Shown here: one piece after another, positions 26,238 through 36,290 of the stretch
How positions within the stretch are numbered: the stretch's first letter is position 1
Layout: each line of letters begins with the position of its first letter
Assembly (NCBI RefSeq): GCF_000143415.4
Contig: NW_003314262.1
Span: 4,497,718-4,561,717, forward strand
Source of the DNA: Selaginella moellendorffii
Lineage: Eukaryota; Plantae; Lycopodiophyta
Reading direction: 5' to 3'
Length of the DNA: 64,000 nucleotides
The notes under the pieces: model-generated
What the model was told of the DNA's origin: nothing
Databases searched by the model: none
What the model saw: the letters and a program-made list of their open reading frames with translations, nothing else
Translations under genes and position numbers: made by a program

Positions 26238-27045
26238 ATGATAGGGTTTTTTATCTCTTCGCCGGCGTCATTCGATCGATCGCTCCTCCTTCCAAGAATC
26301 AGGTTCGTCGATCTTCTCCGGCAATGCAGCCGATCTGGTAAGGGGCAGCAAGATCCAACTGATTGTGAAAGCTTGATCGGTGTTCTACTAGCTGCTGGAG
26401 GCGACCAGGACCACGCCGATCGCGGCTTATTCCCGGAATGGGCTCGCACCGGATTACCCTCGTGACGATCTTCGAGGCCCCCGAGAATCTGGAAGATGGT
26501 AAGAAGATCCACGCCTACCTCTCTTGCAACTCGGACGTAGTTCTTTCGTCACCATGTATGGAAAGTGTGGCAGTCTAAACGATGCTTTTTTGATGTTCCA
26601 GAGCATGGAGGAATGGAACACCGTGGCCTGGAACTCTGTCATGGGAGCTTTCGTCCAGCATGATCGCGTGGAGGAGGCGATGGAGCTCTCCTGGGAGATG
26701 CTGCAGTGTGGATTCTTGCCGAGTAGACCGACTTTCTTGACTGTGTTGGCGGCCATCTCTATCCTCGAGTCTCTACGACATGGTAAGCTTGTTCACGATA
26801 CTCTTGCTGCTGAGGCTGGTCATGAGGATGATGTTGTTGTCCAGACAGGAAATGCGTGGTGGAAGCAGTGGAAGTTTTGGACCGGATGCTCCGGTTGGAT
26901 GTGATGCTGTGGACTGCTGGATTCTCGGCTCACGTCAACTGCGCCGGCTACGAAGAAATTTTCTGCTCTTTCCGGAAGATGCAGCTCAAACAACCTTTGA
27001 GCGCTTGCTAGGGGCCGCAAACAGGGAAAGGCCATTGTGAGCATG
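26238..27045 (+). pseudogene. Fragmented PLS-PPR pseudogene
   Basis: FVDLLRQC; TMYGKCGSLNDAFLMFQSMEEWNTVAWNSVMGAF; PSRPTFLTVLAA; DVVVQT; frameshifts and deletions. Confidence 0.8.
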
Positions 27046-27692
27046 GATGAAGCTTGGAAGGTGAGTGGCTTTCTTTCACAGAGAAGTCGAGTAAGATCTC
27101 TTGAATTCTCTCAAGCTAGGGACCTGTTACTTTCCCTTACAAGGATGCAAGGCCCAGGAGGACATCATGCGTGATCCTATCAGGTTGAAGCTCATTCCCA
27201 TTAACTTTGAAACGAGTTTCTAGTTTTTATCAGATATGAGAGACAACGCCTCCACCTTGGTGACACGACAATACGACTCTGAAGCCGAGAAGAATGGTGT
27301 TAACATTTCTGCCGCGATGGTTGCTGGTGGCGACGAAGGCCAGTAACGAGGCTCTTGAGGATCAAGGTAAGCGAGAGCTTCATTCTTTCTAAGTTTCTTT
27401 GTGTTTTTGCTTTTTAACAAGGATCACCATTCCTCCAACAGCGACGTGGAGGACGAAATCCCCGATGGAAACGCATGTATGGAGGTATGGCAGCATTGCA
27501 AGAGCCCGAGACGGTCACTGGCTAGAGCATCATCCTACGAGAAAGATGTCCTTCCGAGGAGACTCCACTCTCGGCGATTTGCTAGAGACTAGGAATTGGA
27601 TATGCTTTATTCTCCATTGGGTTTATATAAGGGCAAAAAGTGCGGAGCTTTATTTTCCTAGGGTTTATGTCCAGATAGAGCTAGCGAGAGAG

Positions 27693-28019
27693 ATGGGGTG
27701 TTCTTCCTGGCGCAAACACGGGGTCTTGGCGGTGGCCATCCTTGGCGCCGCAACAGCAATGGCGGCAGCAACAATCTTCCTCGGCCGGTCCCTGACAGAT
27801 GCGGCGAAGTCGCTGTCGGATACTGCGAGCTCCTTGAAGGAATCGCTCGATTCCTCCGCGAAATCTTTCAAGGAATCGTTCGATTCTTCTGTGGCGTCGT
27901 TCGACCGTGGAGTGGCTGCTTTGGATCGCGGCATCGACACAATCGGCGCGTTCAAGGTGCTCAAGAACGGGTGCACAGTCTCCTTAAATCCAGTCGGCTT
28001 GGTTCCGAGGGAAGATTAA
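27693..28019 (+). CDS. Uncharacterised 108-aa protein: hydrophobic Ala/Gly helix plus 11-mer and heptad repeats (copy 1)
   Basis: VLAVAILGAATAMAAATIFLGRS then SLKESLDSSAK/SFKESFDSSVA and SFDRGVA/ALDRGID; TATATAA at 27624 and TAGGGTTT at ~27659 upstream. Confidence 0.7.
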   Translation: MGCSSWRKHGVLAVAILGAATAMAAATIFLGRSLTDAAKSLSDTASSLKESLDSSAKSFKESFDSSVASFDRGVAALDRGIDTIGAFKVLKNGCTVSLNPVGLVPRED

Positions 28020-30059
28020 TGTGAGTGGTAAAGGGGAAATGCCAGATCTCGCGCTCACAGGTCCTTGCAGCTCGGCGATCGGATGATCCAAAGCGCAGGA
28101 AAGCAGCGAGCTGGCAGCGAAGCGCGATGGGTTTTTTCTCCTTTTTCTTTCCTTCTTTCTTTCGCTTCCTTTGACTGACACATTTTGAGCGAGCAATTGT
28201 ATAGGTTTTGCGAGCGTTTGTATAGATTTGCGAAGGAGAATGTAACAATTCTTTCGGACGTTCTAGTTTCCGATCTCTTTGCTCTCCAGCATGCAAGTTT
28301 AAGGTAGAATCTGTTTGCTAGCAGATGATTAATCTTCCTTTTTCCTTTCTTTCTTATAGACCGGAGGGAACCTTCTCGAGCAGTGGCAGCATGAAGAATT
28401 CCATGGTTAGAAACCTCGCGCTGCTTTCTTGTGCTTTTTTCCATTGTAGACAGGCACTCTCGTTTTAATGAATGCTAGCCTGTTGGTTTTACTCGTTTTA
28501 TCTCTTTAAATCTCTTTAAAGCTCTGTGGTTTTCTCACACAACCGCGCTTGGCGCTTCACGCTTTGTTTTGCAGGTCAAGTAGCGTGCCAAATCGCTGAG
28601 CAGCGGTGTCATCACGAGCACCAAGCAGCCCTGGAGGAGTGGGGGTGCTACTTTGGCTACGATGTGAAAGTGAACAGACTTCTCATGAATAGAGCGAAGA
28701 AATGCCATGGCTAGTCCATGCCTGGCATGGTGGTAAGTTCCTTCGTTTTTCTGATGTGTGCTTCTTTGAACTTGATATTTCTTGATTCGGAGACTGCTGC
28801 TGTACCGAATGAGATGATGCTGCTGCTGCTAGCGTCACCACAGGTTGCAAGCTCTCTTTTCTCTTTGGAAACTTCTCAGGCAGGGACTGTGGTTAGAACG
28901 CCAGAGAAGTAAAGACGTCTACCAAACTTATCTAGTACGAGGCACCGAGTGGAGCACCGAGGACGAGGTCGAGCGCGACTCTTCTCTCTTGTCCGTTGCT
29001 GGCGAGAGGTTCCAAACCCACGCCTAGCAAGAGCAGCATCACGGTGGATGACTTCGCAGAGAGAAAGTTCTCAGATCGCCAGGAACGCTAGTGACGTCCC
29101 ACTGGCGGGAGCTAAGAGCGGCGAGCTTGGCACTATTACGACTACTACATACCAACAGCAGCAGCAGCGAGAGCAACGAGGGAGGGGGATCCCTTTGTGC
29201 ACGTAGAGTTCCGGTGAAACATCGAGAGGACGCTGGCGAGGCTGCGAGCTAACGAAGTCAGCTTCTCGTGAAGCTCCTCAGTCTTCATTCCCTGGAAGTC
29301 ACAGAGTAAGAAACAAGAACAAAGGCTGAAACTTACGTCATACTATAACACGATGCCGTTTGATACGCCAGGCACTTTTGAGAAATAAAAACATAATAAT
29401 AAGTAAATATAAATTAGAATTCATAATTTATTGTATTTTTTAGATTATATATGTATTGTAAGAAAATAATCACAAATAGTTACTATCAACTAAGATAATG
29501 TATATGAGGTTGGTGACAATTTCATTATAGAGTTATTGGTTTTGGTATTCATTAATAGTCTTGCAATCAATAAAACCAAATTTCATGTCAAAAATATTTA
29601 AAGTGAGTAATCATATATTCCCTATATATTTCTATTGGCAAGAACCATAAGACACTCACATAAAACAAAGTAAGTAAGATAAAATAAAAGAAATAAAAGA
29701 ATAATTTACATTAGAATTTGTTGAGTGAACAAAAATAAGTTAATTTATGTTTTAATGCATGGAAAAAGTGTTAAAAAAAGTTTTAACAAAAAAAAACTTT
29801 TAAAAAAATATTGTGTTCCAAAATTTCATTCAATCAAATATGCACACTTTTGCCAAGGTTTTTCCACTAAAACTATTAAGTTTTTTCTCAATTTTTAATT
29901 TAACTATAATTTATTCATTTTTTTATCTTTAGCAATGAAAGTAAACCTAACATATATATGAGAGTAATTTTCTAGGCTTCTTTAACTAAAATAATGTAAT
30001 TTTCTTTATAGTTCATAATTATACATTCCAAAAAATATAACACTTATAAAAGGCATTGG

Positions 30060-30066
<7 letters not shown>

Positions 30067-30148
<82 letters not shown>
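30067..30148. repeat. Compound (CT)n(AT)n microsatellite
   Basis: Direct reading. Confidence 0.98.
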
Positions 30149-30150
<2 letters not shown>

Positions 30151-30371
30151 GCACATTGCATTGCTTATTTCAAAATTATATATTATAAAAATTGTTCTAT
30201 GTTGGAACAATTATATTATATATTATAATATTAAGATGTAATAAAGTTTTAAAATTAATAATTGAACTATGAAAAGAAAAAGTAAATCAGTCTTAGAAGC
30301 TTGCTTATTCTGGGTATACGAAACAAAGTTTAAATAAATTTATAACATTTAGTAGAATATCTAAGAATGCT

Positions 30372-30641
30372 TTACACGCTCTTAAGCTTTTTCGTGATAG
30401 TGCTTTGTTCAAGGGCGGCAACACCACGTTCAAGGGCGTCAACACCGCGGTTAAGGGAGCGAACACCGCGGTCCAAAGATTGGGTAATTTTATCACATGA
30501 CTCACGAGTCACATCTCCAATCTCTGTAATCGACTTCGCAATTGATTTCGCACCTTCAGATATTGAGCGTCCAATAAAATATGCTGATCCCGCCGCCCCC
30601 ACCGCTGCGCCAAGGACTGCCACAGCCACCAGGTCATCCAT
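30372..30641 (-). CDS. Uncharacterised 89-aa hydrophobic-helix plus heptad-repeat protein (copy 2)
   Basis: MDDLVAVAVLGAAVGAAGSAYFIGRS...SLDRGVR SLNRGVD ALERGVA; intact ORF; telo-box AAACCCTA just upstream. Confidence 0.72.
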   Translation of the reverse strand: MDDLVAVAVLGAAVGAAGSAYFIGRSISEGAKSIAKSITEIGDVTRESCDKITQSLDRGVRSLNRGVDALERGVAALEQSTITKKLKSV

Positions 30642-30869
30642 AGCTTGAAAACCCTATAGTAAGCTCCTGTATTTAAACCACTTGCGCCTTTACCTTTTCT
30701 ATATCGTGTTGAGGAAGGTGGCTCGCCGAGCTTTGCCTTCTTGCTGGGAGTCTCGCGCAGACGTAGAGGGCGATGTGGATGGTGACTTTGTCTGGAGGAG
30801 TTCCTCTCTACCTACAGTTACCATAGTCTCTCAGTGTTCCAGTTGCTTTGAGGACCATCGGGCTTATAG

Positions 30870-31300
30870 TTTTCCTTTGAAGGAGGAAATGGAACACCGC
30901 GTGCAACTCCCTCGTGGGACCTTATCTCCAGCATGATCGCGTGGATGAAACAATAGAATTCTACTGATATGCTGTGCAGTGTGGATTCTTTCCGAGTAGT
31001 GACTTCCTATGGCGGCCATCTCTAGTCTGTATGACATGGTAAGCTCGTGCATGACACTCTTGCTGCTGGTCATGAGATGATGTTATTGTCCAGACAGCGC
31101 TGGTAAACATGTACTGGAAATGCGAAAGCGTGGTGGAAGCAGTGGAAGGTTTGGACCGGATGCTCTGGCTCGATGTGATACTGAGGAGTGCTGGATTCTT
31201 GAATCACGTCAACTCTGGTTTTTCTAGAACATGTGATGCTGGTCAGTGCTTTGAGCGCTTGCGAGGGGCCGCAAACAGGGAAAGGCTATTGTGAGCATGG
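30870..31300 (+). pseudogene. Decayed PLS-PPR fragment, paralogous to 26600-27045
   Basis: DVIVQTALVNMYWKCESVVEA; shares CTTTGAGCGCTTGC..GGGGCCGCAAACAGGGAAAGG with ~27000. Confidence 0.75.
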
Positions 31301-31619
31301 AGCTTGGAAGGTCGTGGGCTTTCTTTCACAGAGAAGCCGAGTATAAGATCTTTTGAATTCTCTCAAATGATAGGGCGCTGTTACTTTCTCTTATCAGTGA
31401 GGTTTCGTTTATTTTCATTGTTTCTTCTTTTTGTTCAGCTTTGAGAAACAAAGCTTCCACCTCGGTGACAGAAATACGACTCTGCTGAGAAGGCCATGGC
31501 TGCTGAGATGGTTTATTCTTTCTAAGTTGCTTAGCTTTGTGTTTTTGCTTGTTCCCAAGGACTTCAAAGCATGCTCGAAGTGCTGCGAGCTTCATATATA
31601 TCAAGTGAGCGGTGACGGA

Positions 31620-32379
31620 AAATATAAAGGGAAGAAAGTGTCCAATTAGGTTTAGGGAACTTCAATGTTTAATCGTCGGGAAAGGCATGATGGGGGCTTC
31701 CTCAACCATTTCAAGACCTGATCAAGCCGATGGGTTTAAACATTTGCCACTACTCAAGGCAGACGCACTGCTGGACTGCCTAGCTGAGATCACTGACGCG
31801 CAATTGTCATGTCAGGCTACGACGATTCTTTAAGGGTGGACTGGTTTAATTTACCTGGGCCATTTTAGCGAGGTCATGGCTAAGAGTTACTTTCGTATGC
31901 TACTCACAACAACCTGGACGAGGTGGTTAACTTCCTGGGTACTCCTGGGAAAGGTATATCGGTGGCTGCCCGTTGCTGCTCAACGAATGTGCTGCATTTG
32001 CATTCATGTCTCAAAACCCCAAGGATTTGGACACAGTTCTTGGCGGAATAGCGTCCAAGATGAGCAGCCGGGTGTACAGTGGCTTGGCAGGTGGCAACGG
32101 GTGAGTTCTTTTCCTTTCTTTCTTTTTCATTTTTTTGTGTGCTGGTTTTTGTTCAGGTGGGAGGGAAACAAGTTTAGGGACGTGATGGAAGTATTTTCAG
32201 AGGGAGGAGGGGCCACAGAATGGGATGCTGTGTGTGACAAGGTGTTCAACAAAGATGAAGCAGCATGCATTTCACAACTTCATGCAATTGGAGCAGTTGG
32301 TGTGGCTTATATTCAGTTTGTTCCCAGCTCAAATCCCCTGTCCAGTGTCAAGCAACCAGGAATGTTATTGCTCAACTGA
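31620..32379 (+). pseudogene. Decayed paralogue of the P-loop ATPase, internally deleted, one intron (~32101-32156)
   Basis: PDQADGFKHLPLLKADALLDCLAEIT; YLGHFSEVMAKSYF; near-identical to 33363-34301. Confidence 0.65.
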
Positions 32380-32473
32380 GATTAAATTGTCTAAACAACA
32401 CTTAAAAGGTTAATATTAACATCATATTATTTTTCAAAATCTAAATACGTTTATAAAAAAAATTAAATAAAAT

Positions 32474-32803
32474 TCACACGCTCTTAAGATTTTTCGTGAT
32501 AGTGCTTTGTTCAAAGGCGGCAACACCGCGTTCAAGGGAGTCAACACCGTGTTCAAGGGAGCCAACACCGCGTTCGAGGGAGGCCACACCCCGTTCGAGG
32601 GAGCCAACAGCGCGTTCAACACCACGGTCCAAAGATTGGGTAATTTTATCACATGACTCACGAGTTACATCTCCAATCTCTGTAATCGATTTCGCAATTA
32701 ATTTCGCACCTTCAGATATTGAACTTCCAATATAATATGCTGATCCCGCCGCCCCCACCCACACCGCTGCGCCAAGGATTGCCGCAGCCACCACATCATC
32801 CAT
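32474..32803 (-). CDS. Uncharacterised 109-aa hydrophobic-helix plus heptad-repeat protein (copy 3)
   Basis: Same N-terminus as copy 2, with more 21-nt repeat units (SLERGVA/SLERGVG/SLEHGVD/SLERGVA). Confidence 0.72.
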   Translation of the reverse strand: MDDVVAAAILGAAVWVGAAGSAYYIGSSISEGAKLIAKSITEIGDVTRESCDKITQSLDRGVERAVGSLERGVASLERGVGSLEHGVDSLERGVAAFEQSTITKNLKSV

Positions 32804-33362
32804 AGCTTGAAAACCCTATAGTAAAGTCTTGTATTTAAACCACTTGCGCCTTTACCTTTTCTATATCGACTGCCAGCCATCTCGTACATGTTGAGGAAGG
32901 TGCTGTTTGCCTTCTTGCTGAGATTCTCACGTGAGATTCTCACGGGAAAGGCTATTGTGAGCTTGGAAGGGCTTTCTTTCACAGAGAAGTCGAGTATATG
33001 ATCTCTTGAATTCTCTCAAATTATAGGGAGCTGTTACTTTCTCTTATCAGGAAGCTAGGCCCAGGATGACATCACGAAGTTTCGTTTCATTTTCATTAGC
33101 ATCGAAACGAGTTTCTTCTTTTTCTTCAGCTTTGAGAGACAAAGCTTCCACCTCAATCACAGAGATATGACTCTGATGAGAAGGCCATGGCTGATCAAGT
33201 AAATGAGAGCCGTGTTTATGCTTGCTCACAAGGACTTCAAAGCATGCTGGAAGCGGCGCGAGCTTCATATATACCAAGTGAGCATCGTTTTTCTGTCTTG
33301 TATTGGTGACGATGGATTGGTCTATAGACAATTGGTATAAAAGGAAGAAAGTGTCCAATTAG

Positions 33363-34301
33363 TTTTAGGGAATTTCAGCTCAAGGCGCTCAAAAGGCAAG
33401 TGTCGGGTGGCGCTGGGATGATTATGGTGTTGGGGCCGATGAGCTATGCGGAAGCCTAGTTATCTCTTTAACTTGCGTTTGAGCATCCGAAGTCAAGGTT
33501 TAGAGATGTAGTAGAAGAAGACGCAGATAGTTTAGCAGCTGTTTTGAGGGCCTTGGTAGCAGCAAGTAAAGGTTTACGCCCCATGTTCATCATTGATCAA
33601 GCCAATGGGCCTAAACATTGGCCACCACTCAAGACAGACGCACTGCTTGACTGCCTAGCTGAGATCACTGCTACGCAGCAAGCGACTATTGTCATGTCAG
33701 GCTACTGGCTAGGCAGCCGAGTTGTGTTTGATCACATCATTTATCTGGGCCATTTTAGCGAGGCCATGGCTAAGAGGTACTTTTGTATGTTACAACAACA
33801 TGGACGAGGTGATTAACTTCCTGGGTATTCCCGCCCCTCACTCCGCAGGAATGGGAAAAGATATATCGAGTTTGTGGTGGCTGCCCGTTGCTGCTCAACG
33901 AGTGTGCTGAATTTGCATTCACGTCTCAAAACCCCAAGAATTTGGACACAGTTCTTGGAGGAATAGCGTCCGAGATGAGCAGCCGGGTGTACAGTGGCTT
34001 GGCAGGTGGCGACAGGTGAGTTCATTTCCTTTCTTTCTTTTTAATTATTCTATGTGATGGTTTTTGTTCAGGTGGGAGGGAAACAAGTTTAGGGACGTGA
34101 TGAAAGTAATTTCAGAGGGAGGAGGGGCTGTGTGTGACAAGGTGTTCAACAAAGATGAAGCAGCATGCATTTCACAACTTCATGCGATGTGAGCAGCTGG
34201 TGTGGTTCATATTCAGTTTGTTCCCAGCTCAAAACACAAGCTCGTCATGCCTATGTCCTCTGCCCAGTGTCAAGCAACTAGGAATGTTATTGCTCAACTA
34301 G
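33363..34301 (+). pseudogene. Decayed paralogue of the P-loop ATPase, one intron (~34016-34071)
   Basis: FREFQLKALKRQVSGGAGMIMVLGPMS (eroded Walker A); RPMFIIDQAN (Walker B); YLGHFSEAMAKRYF; C-terminal KLVMPMSSAQCQATRNVIAQL aligns to PLVMPSTSLHFRAMQRLAKTL of 1275-2465. Confidence 0.7.
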
Positions 34302-35789
34302 GTAGTGGAGGTTAAATTGTCTAAACAACACTTCAAAGTTTCAGCCTAACATCATATTATTTTGCAAAATCTATAATTTTATCGTAATTCTAGGGAAAGT
34401 TGCATAAAAGCCTAGAGATCAAATTCGACATGGCTTGATCTTGTTTGATGGAGGCAAGATATGATGTGATCAAGAAAACATATAATCAAGATTCATGTTT
34501 CTTTAAGTTACATTTGAGCTTCAAAAATCTATTTTGCTTGTGTTTCTTTAGCTAAAAGTTGTGCTTTTCTTATATGTTGTGATTCTTATGTGTTCTTCCA
34601 AATTCCAAGTATTTGATCTATGACGACTCTCAGACTCTCAAGTTCAGAGCAATATCAAGCTATGGCCTTTCAAACTTACCTTTGGTGTTAGTGAAAAGTT
34701 GATTATCATTATCCACTAGAAAGGCAAGGAGAAGACATTTGTAGTTGAGGAGAGTATAGTCTTGCTCATGCTTGAAACTTCTGCTTATACAACTGCTATG
34801 GTTGAGCAAGTTAATGTTACTTGCTTGATTCATATCATATAAAAAATATATTAGCTGTGGATTGCCAATGAGCATTTGGAAATAGATAGTGAAACAAAAA
34901 TAGGGTGATAAACTCATATGTAACTAATACATTTGAAGTAAATTGCAATGTAGCATGTGCTACCAGAACAATACAAATAATGCCTTCTTGCAATCTGGCC
35001 ATTAAGATTGAGCTGGGCATTGAGTGCTGGAGCAGTAGCATGAAATGAAACATCTTATCAACCTAGAGGAGAAATCTTAGAAAAAAAGAAATGCTTCACA
35101 CTAAAGATCTTGAAAAAGAAAAAAAAGAAATGTGTCTAATGAAGTTTTCTTCGGGTTATAAAGGTATTTTGCAATATCTAAACTGTTAGAGGGGTTTTTG
35201 TGAAAAATTTAAAGTCATAGAAAATTTTAAAACTTTAAGTGGCATATTTGCAAATATGTCAATTTTATGTAATTTTCCCTTATTTTAATCAATATATTGA
35301 TATTTTATATTATAGGTATTTAATAATGATATTCCTATTTAGTATCATTTATTAATTCAATTGAAGCATTGCATAATACAATTATAAATTAGAAGAAAAG
35401 TTGATATAAAGCTGAATAACTATTCATTACAGATTGATGAGCATAAAAACAAGTTACATATTTTCAATAGTCATATACAAGTTTTAAATTTTCATTTAAC
35501 TAGTGAATTTATATTTAATGTAATGTATTTACCATTTCTCTATATTTACTAAGGAGTACATTCGTGCCATGGCAAGAATCAAACCTCAAACCTTGGGATT
35601 TGAACTAAGACCTATTAAATGGGCATCTAGATTGATATAAATCCATACCCACATTAGGATTTTAGATTAGCTAGCATTGGTTTCTAAATCCCCTATAAAA
35701 GTAGAAAATGTTCAAAATCCTTTTTTTTCTTTATTTGTTTTAGTATTTTATTAATTTCATTTGGTGGTATATTTTATTAGTAATTTCAT

Positions 35790-36290
35790 CTGGCTAGCAA
35801 ATCAGAACTTGAATAAGGCCACAATAAGAGCCTCCTACTTTAGAGAAAGGCATATTCTTGGAAAATAGTGTTGGCTTTGAGGCCAAATTAGACATGAGCT
35901 GAACAGCCACAAGGAAGAGGGGGATAAACAACACTAGTAAGGAATGCTCCATTGAAATTAAGAGGTAATCAGGAGATATTGTTTGTGTAAAGTAGTAAAG
36001 CTAGTAGAGCAAGGAGGATGATAGGAGCCACTTGCATTGAAGTCTTCTATTGGGCATTGCCATTGTTGATGGTGGTGCTATTTAGGATCATCCTATCAAG
36101 AAATGAAAAAGGGAGAGCTTAGAGGATATGAGAGCAAGGAAATACAGGAGAGAAACCTAACAATCATCTAGGAAGAATCCCTTTTAAAGTGTTTGAAGAA
36201 AAAATCTAAAGGGAGTTTATCTTTGTGTGTCAAAAAGAGAAAATGCTGAGAGAGACAACTAGCTAGTTGGGATATTCCACTAGGCAAATG
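35790..36290 (-). pseudogene. Heavily C>T/G>A-mutated copy of the 25525-25875 gene plus its upstream region
   Basis: Colinear with ~25540-26070, e.g. AGAGCCTCCTACTT.AGAGAAAGGCA, AGACATGAGCTGAAC, GGGATATTCCAC. Confidence 0.85.

Noticed and set aside
27399-27692. 98-aa N-terminal extension of the 206-aa track ORF
   Set aside because: Non-ATG start that runs through the TATA and telo-box; paralogues begin at the position equivalent to ATG 27693.
32510-32640. Regular 21-nt repeats resembling an array
   Set aside because: No unique spacers and a eukaryotic context; these are coding heptad repeats, not CRISPR.
35560-35625. SINE/tRNA-like B-box remnant (GGATTTGAAC)
   Set aside because: Too degenerate, with no A-box or tail.
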